Part shown: piece after piece, positions 58,665 through 64,000 of the stretch | Layout of the letters: each line of letters starts with the position of its first letter | How positions within the stretch are numbered: the stretch's first letter is position 1 | Source of the DNA: an uncultured delta proteobacterium | Lineage (GTDB): Bacteria > Desulfobacterota > Syntrophia > Syntrophales > UBA2185 | Assembly (NCBI GenBank): GCA_963729715.1 | Contig: CAVSPA010000007.1 | Location: 384,001 to 448,000 of the forward strand | DNA: 64,000 nucleotides | Direction of reading: 5' to 3' | The notes under the pieces: generated by a model | Seen by the model: only the letters and a program-made list of their open reading frames with translations | What the model was told of the DNA's origin: nothing | Databases searched by the model: none | Translations under genes and position numbers: made by a program

Positions 58665-59450
58665 ATGAAGGCGGCCTTTGTACAGTTCAACCCTCAATTT
58701 GGGGAAATAGAAGCAAATGTCAAGAAAGCCGTAAAGCACATCAAGAGAACTGAGGCTGAAATTATCGTTCTTCCGGAACTGTTTAATACAGGTTATCTCA
58801 TAACATCAAAGGACGAGGCATTTGACCTCGCGGAGCCGCTACCTGACGGCAAGACAACAGAAGCGTTATGTGCGGCGGCGCAGGAAAGAAAAGTTCACAT
58901 CATCGCCGGTCTGATCGAAAGGGAGGATGAGAATCTTTTCAATGCGGCCGTTGTTATATCTCCCTCGGGTTATCTGGGAAGGTACAGGAAGGTTCATCTG
59001 TTCAACGAAGAAAAACTCTGGTTTCAGCGTGGAGACCTCGGGCTTAATGTCTTTGACATAGGGATATGCAAGATAGGGGTGATGATCTGTTTTGACTGGT
59101 TCTTCCCTGAATCCATGCGCACCCTCGCACTCAAGGGAGCCGATTTGATCTGCCACAGTGCAAATCTGGTTCTCCCTTTCTGTCAGGATGCGATGAAGAC
59201 CAGATGCTTGGAAAACCGTGTTTTCGCCGTTACGGCCAACAGGACAGGCGAGGAGAACAGAAACGGAAAGAGTTGCCGCTATACAGGCAGAAGCCAGATA
59301 ACGGGACCGGATGCAAGAATTCTGTACCAGGCAGGCGCTGAAACCGAAGAGATCGGTATAGCCGAGATTGACATTGATTTGGCGCGGAACAAGAATCTGA
59401 ATCCTTACAACCATGCCCTTCTGGATAGAAGGGAAGAATTCTACAGTTGA
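58665..59450 (+). CDS. Carbon-nitrogen hydrolase (nitrilase superfamily)
   Basis: LPELF (E), YRKVHLF (K), MICFDW (C) triad. Confidence 0.9.
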   Translation: MKAAFVQFNPQFGEIEANVKKAVKHIKRTEAEIIVLPELFNTGYLITSKDEAFDLAEPLPDGKTTEALCAAAQERKVHIIAGLIEREDENLFNAAVVISPSGYLGRYRKVHLFNEEKLWFQRGDLGLNVFDIGICKIGVMICFDWFFPESMRTLALKGADLICHSANLVLPFCQDAMKTRCLENRVFAVTANRTGEENRNGKSCRYTGRSQITGPDARILYQAGAETEEIGIAEIDIDLARNKNLNPYNHALLDRREEFYS

Positions 59451-59528
59451 TCTGTTCCAAAGGCGAAGTTCAGTATTTCAATATTCTTGCAATACCAGCT
59501 AATGCTCTGTTCCTGAAGATGGAGAGGA

Positions 59529-60428
59529 TTAGCGTGCAAGGTGGGATACCATGGAAGGAAATTTCTGTCCCATGTAGCGTTCAAACTGCAAGCTCGCTTC
59601 GATGAGCATGTCCAGGCTTATGCCGGTCTCTATACCTGTCTCATGGAGCATATTGACGGTGTCTTCCGTGGCGATGTTTCCTCTGGCGCCAATGCTAAAA
59701 GGGCAACCACCCAGCCCTCCGAGAGACGCATCGAAGATGGAGACCCCCTCGTTGATTGCCGCCCAGACATTAGCCAGTCCCAAACCACGCGTATTGTGAA
59801 GATGAAGGGAAAGAGGCACCTTCTCCGCGACATCCTGCACACGTTTCACAAGCTTTCCAACTTGCGCTGGATTAGCCATGCCCGATGTATCGGCAAGACA
59901 GATTTCGTCCGGTTCTTTTTTCAGGAGACCCTTCACCAGCTTTATGACTTTATCTTGAGGAACATTTCCCTCGTAGGCACATCCGAAGGCGTTCATCACT
60001 CCCGCTCGCACTTCCATGCCCGCACCGTGCGCCTTCCCCATGAGCAGCCCCGCTTCCCTCATCGCCTCCGCAATGGACGCATTGCTATTTTTCCTGCTGT
60101 GCGTTTCGCTTGCGGACACATAAATACCTACCTGCTGCACCCCGCACCGCATAGCTCTCCCCAGACCCCTCTCATTTAATACAAGGGCCGCATATACGGC
60201 GCCTTTCCTTTGACTGACCATGCTCCAGAGTTTCTCTGCATCCGCCATCTGCGGCACCAGGCGCGGATTGACAAAGGATGACACCTCGATGCGCCGTACT
60301 CCGCAACCGGTCAATGCATTGACGAGCTTTACCTTGTGCTCGGTGGATACGAGCTTCTTCTCGTTCTGGATGCCATCCCTAAGGACGACTTCGTGGATTT
60401 CAATCTTTCGCGGGAGGCGGCTTTGCAT
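59529..60428 (-). CDS. Hydroxymethylglutaryl-CoA lyase
   Basis: EVVLRDGIQNE, SFVNP..VPQMAD, LADTSG.ANP, HLHNTRG, GLGGCPF..GARGNIATED. Confidence 0.9.
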   Translation of the reverse strand: MQSRLPRKIEIHEVVLRDGIQNEKKLVSTEHKVKLVNALTGCGVRRIEVSSFVNPRLVPQMADAEKLWSMVSQRKGAVYAALVLNERGLGRAMRCGVQQVGIYVSASETHSRKNSNASIAEAMREAGLLMGKAHGAGMEVRAGVMNAFGCAYEGNVPQDKVIKLVKGLLKKEPDEICLADTSGMANPAQVGKLVKRVQDVAEKVPLSLHLHNTRGLGLANVWAAINEGVSIFDASLGGLGGCPFSIGARGNIATEDTVNMLHETGIETGISLDMLIEASLQFERYMGQKFPSMVSHLAR

Positions 60429-60495
60429 AGGCTTGTTCGGTATGCAAAAAGAAACAGGGGGAGAATAACTCCTCCCCCTGCGCGAGACAATGATT

Positions 60496-61674
60496 CTATT
60501 TCTTCCAGGCTGTGGGTCCCCATTTTTCACCTAGAACAGCTTTGGGGGACCATTCGGGCGGCACCAACTGGCCGGGTTTTTCACCCACTTTCTGGATGAG
60601 TTTGGCAAGACCGGGACGGGCGTGTTCCGGATGCCCTTCTTTCAATGTCCGGCCGTTGATGACGGCCTCGGAACGGAGCCTCCGGCCGATCGTCTTCTCC
60701 ATCTTTTTTCCGAGCGACAGGACACGGTCCACATTGTACCCGTGCTCGATACCCAGCTCATCGATCATCACCAGGAGATCCTCCATGGTAATGAGACCCA
60801 CAAACCGAGGATCGTAATAGTAATCGCCCGTTCCTCTTACGGGACAGTCATCGAGGAAATTTGCCGGCTGTCCGCCCAGACCACCCAAGGTTCCTTCAAA
60901 GCGGGTGATTCCGGCCTGAAGGGCCGCAAGGATCGAGGCGGAAGCGACACGCTTCGTTTCATGGAGATGGCAGAGATGAGCATCAGGATTCGGCATGGCG
61001 TCGAGCACCATGGAGAAATAACGGTAGACCTGGGCCGCGGACGCGGAGCCATCATGGTCAGCATGCTCGATGTCATGGGCGCCGATAGATAAGAAGCGCT
61101 TCGTAAACTCCACGGCATCCTCCAGCTTCGTGGCGCCGGTAATGGGGCTCCCCCAAATGGTGCTCACGGTGCCGCACATTTTCATGCCATGGTCGGCGGC
61201 TTTCTTGATACAGCGCTCTGCCTCTTTCCAGTACTGGGTCAGCGTCGTTCCTGAATTGGCAAAATGGTGTTCCGGATCGGTGGAAACCATCATCAGTATG
61301 CGGTCCGGACCTATCCCTTTTTTCCTGAGCTCGATGGCCGTATCGACAGCGGGTTCGCGGATCGTCACAGCAGTCATGACAAGCTCATCGTATTTGACCC
61401 CCGCCCTCTCGCAGCGTTTCTTGAACGCATCACCCCTGAGGGCTGTAAGGACCTGCTCTGCATCCCTGAACTGAGGAATGCCAGCCGGGTTTCCCAGGTT
61501 GGTAACCTCAATCTCCTTTGCACCCGCCAAGATCATTTCCTGGGCGTAAAAGATCTTGGCATTAGTAGATATGAATTTTTCTTCGTGCTGGAAACCATCG
61601 CGCACGGTTATGTCTCCGATGGTTACCTTCTTTGGCATTTTGGGAAAGATTTTCCAATAATCATATTCCGTCAT
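60496..61674 (-). CDS. HMG-CoA lyase-like (DRE-TIM) protein, divergent paralog
   Basis: ITVRDGFQHEE, HLHETK, GGLGGQP; lacks the GGCP cysteine. Confidence 0.85.
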   Translation of the reverse strand: MTEYDYWKIFPKMPKKVTIGDITVRDGFQHEEKFISTNAKIFYAQEMILAGAKEIEVTNLGNPAGIPQFRDAEQVLTALRGDAFKKRCERAGVKYDELVMTAVTIREPAVDTAIELRKKGIGPDRILMMVSTDPEHHFANSGTTLTQYWKEAERCIKKAADHGMKMCGTVSTIWGSPITGATKLEDAVEFTKRFLSIGAHDIEHADHDGSASAAQVYRYFSMVLDAMPNPDAHLCHLHETKRVASASILAALQAGITRFEGTLGGLGGQPANFLDDCPVRGTGDYYYDPRFVGLITMEDLLVMIDELGIEHGYNVDRVLSLGKKMEKTIGRRLRSEAVINGRTLKEGHPEHARPGLAKLIQKVGEKPGQLVPPEWSPKAVLGEKWGPTAWKK

Positions 61675-61740
61675 AGAACAGTAATGACCTCCTCAATTTT
61701 ATTATTTATTAAGTTCAACGTATCGCCGGGTGAAAGAGTG

Positions 61741-62541
61741 TTATTCCCCTTTGAATACGGGTTTACGTTTCTCGGCAAAGGCCGCCAGTGCCTCCAGTCG
61801 ATCCTTCGTCGGGATGGTAACCTCATAAGCCTTGGACTCAAGCGGGAGCGCCACTCCGAGGCTCGCCTCGGAGCCGTAGTTGATGGCGAACTTCGCCTGG
61901 GCAACGCCGATGGGGCCGTTCTTGGCGATCTCTCTTGCCAGTTCGAGCGCCGCTTCCATGAGCTTATCGGGTTCCACAACCCTGCTGACAAGACCGATCT
62001 GTAGAGCCGTCTCCGCATTTATTCTTCTCGCCGTAAAGACCAACTCCTTGGCTTTTGCCACACCAACAATCCTAGTCAGTCTTTGAGTTCCGCCTGCGCC
62101 GGGGATAATCGCCAGAGAGGTTTCGGTTAATCCCATGAGGACGTTGGACGAACAGATACGGATGTCCGAGGCAAGGGCGAGTTCCGTGCCGCCGCCAAAG
62201 GCAAATCCGTTTATGGCTGCAATCACGGGGACACGGACCTGCTCTACGGCCGTGAAAGTGTTGCGTATCGTGAAAATGAAGCGGCGAACCTGGTCGTCTG
62301 ACAGCGTCCGTCTTTCCTTCAGGTCTGCGCCTGTAGAGAAGGACCACTTCTTGGGATCGTCTCCCGCCTTTGCGCCGGTAATGATGATGCAGCGGAGACC
62401 CATGTCAAAATTTGCTTCCCTTACGGTGTCGGCCAGTACGGCCAATAGATCAAAGTTAAAACAGTTCATAGCCTCAGGACGATTCAGCGTGAGAATAACG
62501 ATGCCCTCATCAGTCCTTTCTTTTAAAAGTATATCTGCCAT
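61741..62541 (-). CDS. Enoyl-CoA hydratase, probably methylglutaconyl-CoA hydratase
   Basis: FSTGADLKER, INGFAFGGGTELAL, GLTET.LAIIPGAGGTQRL; context with carboxyltransferase and HMG-CoA lyase. Confidence 0.88.
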   Translation of the reverse strand: MADILLKERTDEGIVILTLNRPEAMNCFNFDLLAVLADTVREANFDMGLRCIIITGAKAGDDPKKWSFSTGADLKERRTLSDDQVRRFIFTIRNTFTAVEQVRVPVIAAINGFAFGGGTELALASDIRICSSNVLMGLTETSLAIIPGAGGTQRLTRIVGVAKAKELVFTARRINAETALQIGLVSRVVEPDKLMEAALELAREIAKNGPIGVAQAKFAINYGSEASLGVALPLESKAYEVTIPTKDRLEALAAFAEKRKPVFKGE

Positions 62542-62577
62542 AGGAATACTCCTCCTTATTTCACTCTTCAAGCGGGA

Positions 62578-64000
62578 TTAGACCTTCAGATCACCCCAGT
62601 CTGACTTGTCTATAGGTACGCGATAGCAAAGTTCCAATGACCTGCCTAGCTTTTCTCGCGCTTCGCTGTAAGTGATTACACCGTCGTGGAACAAGAGCGA
62701 ACCTGTCAGGAAGGGATGCCCTTCGTTATCATAACGATCTATCATCATCTGGCGGAATTTGGCCATTTCTTCCTCGTTAACCGTTTGTCCTCTGTCGACG
62801 ATATTCTTCCTGCGGACGCTCTCCACGATGAAACCCGCTGTGCGGCCGGACATAACCGTAGTGCGGCCTCTCATATTTGTAAAGCAGAAGACCGGCCTGA
62901 AGGCCCTCCCGCACATACCATAGTTTGCCGCTCCGTGATCTGGACCAATGACGTACTGGATTTTCGGAACGTTCAGCACGCTGCACGTACGGACCATGTC
63001 GGACCCGTATTTCCCGATGCCTCCCCATTCCTCGGCCTTTCCGACCATGTAGCCAGGAGAGCCCTGGAGAAAGATAACCGGCAGCTTCGAGTTTCCGCAA
63101 CGGATCATCCACTCCGTCGCTTTTCTTGCCGCTTCAATATATATGACGCCTGTCCCATTGGAAGCGATGACGCCTACGGGCATGCCTTTCAGCCACATCT
63201 TACCGGCAACGACACTTTCACCACGGTTGAGGCCGTATGTCGGTTTGTATTCATGGAAATAGCTGTCATCAGCAATACACTTTAGGGTGTCCCTGATGTT
63301 GATTGCGTTATAGGTATTCATGGGGGCGGAGCGCATCATGTCCCTGTAGTCATATCTTGGTTCCAGGGTTTGTACGCGGTCGCAGTGAATCGACTGGCTT
63401 GGTTCAAACTCAATGATGTCCCGCAGCTTCTGGATACCCTCTGCCTGGGATGTCACGAAATGGTCGCAACCGCCGGAGTGCTGGGTGTGAACATAGGCAC
63501 CTCCCAGGTCTTCCATGGACACGGTCTCGCCAATGGCGGACTTCACCATGGGGGGGCCTGCCAGAAAGGCAAACGCCAGCTTTTCTATCATGATTGACTC
63601 GGAAGCGAGATAAACGATGTAGGCGCCGCCCGCCGTGTTTCCGCCGGTTGACAGAGTGTATTGTTTGATTCCCATGGCGGACATGCGGCACATGTTGTAG
63701 AACATGCTGCCAAAGTGCCCGTCGTCAGCGAAACAGCCCAACTGCAGGGGAAGGTTGATGCCACCTGAGTCGGCAATGTATACGCAGGGTAATCGGAGGC
63801 GTTCGGCAATCGCTTGGGCCCTCATATGCTTCTTTAGGGTGATCGGGAAATAGGTTCCCGCCGCATAGCGGTTTTCATTGGCAAAGATCATGCAATCCTT
63901 TCCATGAATGACGCCTACGCCGGTGACCAGTCCGCCGCCGGGGATATTACCCCTTTTCTCTGATTCGTAGATCTCTCCCCCGTAGAGTTTTATCTGTCCG
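62578..64000 (-). CDS. Acyl-CoA carboxyltransferase subunit (methylcrotonyl-CoA carboxylase beta-like); 5' end outside the window
   Basis: GGGLVTGVG, KHMRAQ.IA, DSGG, TAGGAY, FLAGPP.VK, LGGA.VH, GAANYGMCGR. The frame stays open to the window edge. Confidence 0.88.
   Translation of the reverse strand, partial: GQIKLYGGEIYESEKRGNIPGGGLVTGVGVIHGKDCMIFANENRYAAGTYFPITLKKHMRAQAIAERLRLPCVYIADSGGINLPLQLGCFADDGHFGSMFYNMCRMSAMGIKQYTLSTGGNTAGGAYIVYLASESIMIEKLAFAFLAGPPMVKSAIGETVSMEDLGGAYVHTQHSGGCDHFVTSQAEGIQKLRDIIEFEPSQSIHCDRVQTLEPRYDYRDMMRSAPMNTYNAINIRDTLKCIADDSYFHEYKPTYGLNRGESVVAGKMWLKGMPVGVIASNGTGVIYIEAARKATEWMIRCGNSKLPVIFLQGSPGYMVGKAEEWGGIGKYGSDMVRTCSVLNVPKIQYVIGPDHGAANYGMCGRAFRPVFCFTNMRGRTTVMSGRTAGFIVESVRRKNIVDRGQTVNEEEMAKFRQMMIDRYDNEGHPFLTGSLLFHDGVITYSEAREKLGRSLELCYRVPIDKSDWGDLKV

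Noticed and set aside
1..64000. tRNA, rRNA, CRISPR arrays, prophage genes
   Set aside because: None found by eye; a tRNAscan/Infernal run would be needed to exclude small RNAs formally.

Overview
Bacterial chromosomal window with the gene content of an anaerobic Desulfobacterota (deltaproteobacterial) syntroph; the taxonomy is inferred from gene families only. From left to right it holds the 5' part of an MdtA-type RND adaptor, an intergenic cluster of palindromic mobile-element remnants, and a livK-(cupin)-livHMGF branched-chain amino acid ABC operon. Next comes a cobalamin riboswitch controlling an unannotated 35-aa peptide (CbpA-like) coupled to a radical SAM/SPASM enzyme (CbpB-like). A second cobalamin riboswitch precedes a shrunken cob operon: a cobD-cobQ fusion, cobO, and a cobB'-'cbiJ deletion scar. 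Further on are typA, an aldehyde:ferredoxin oxidoreductase, rnd, nudC, an IS110 element with a bridge-RNA-like non-coding end, and a KaiA-less kaiC-kaiB-kaiB-histidine kinase cassette bounded by 33-bp imperfect direct repeats. The right half has an rve/ISNCY-type IS, PAS/HD-GYP signalling genes, a GH13 enzyme resembling the eukaryotic glycogen-debranching transferase domain, an IS1 remnant, an acetylene-hydratase-like Mo/W enzyme, and a Liu-type (carboxyltransferase, hydratase, two HMG-CoA lyase-like) cluster. The best candidate for an undescribed system is the B12-riboswitch/peptide/radical-SAM locus, whose RNA architecture suggests a cobalamin-activated rather than repressed switch. No rRNA, tRNA or CRISPR array was seen.
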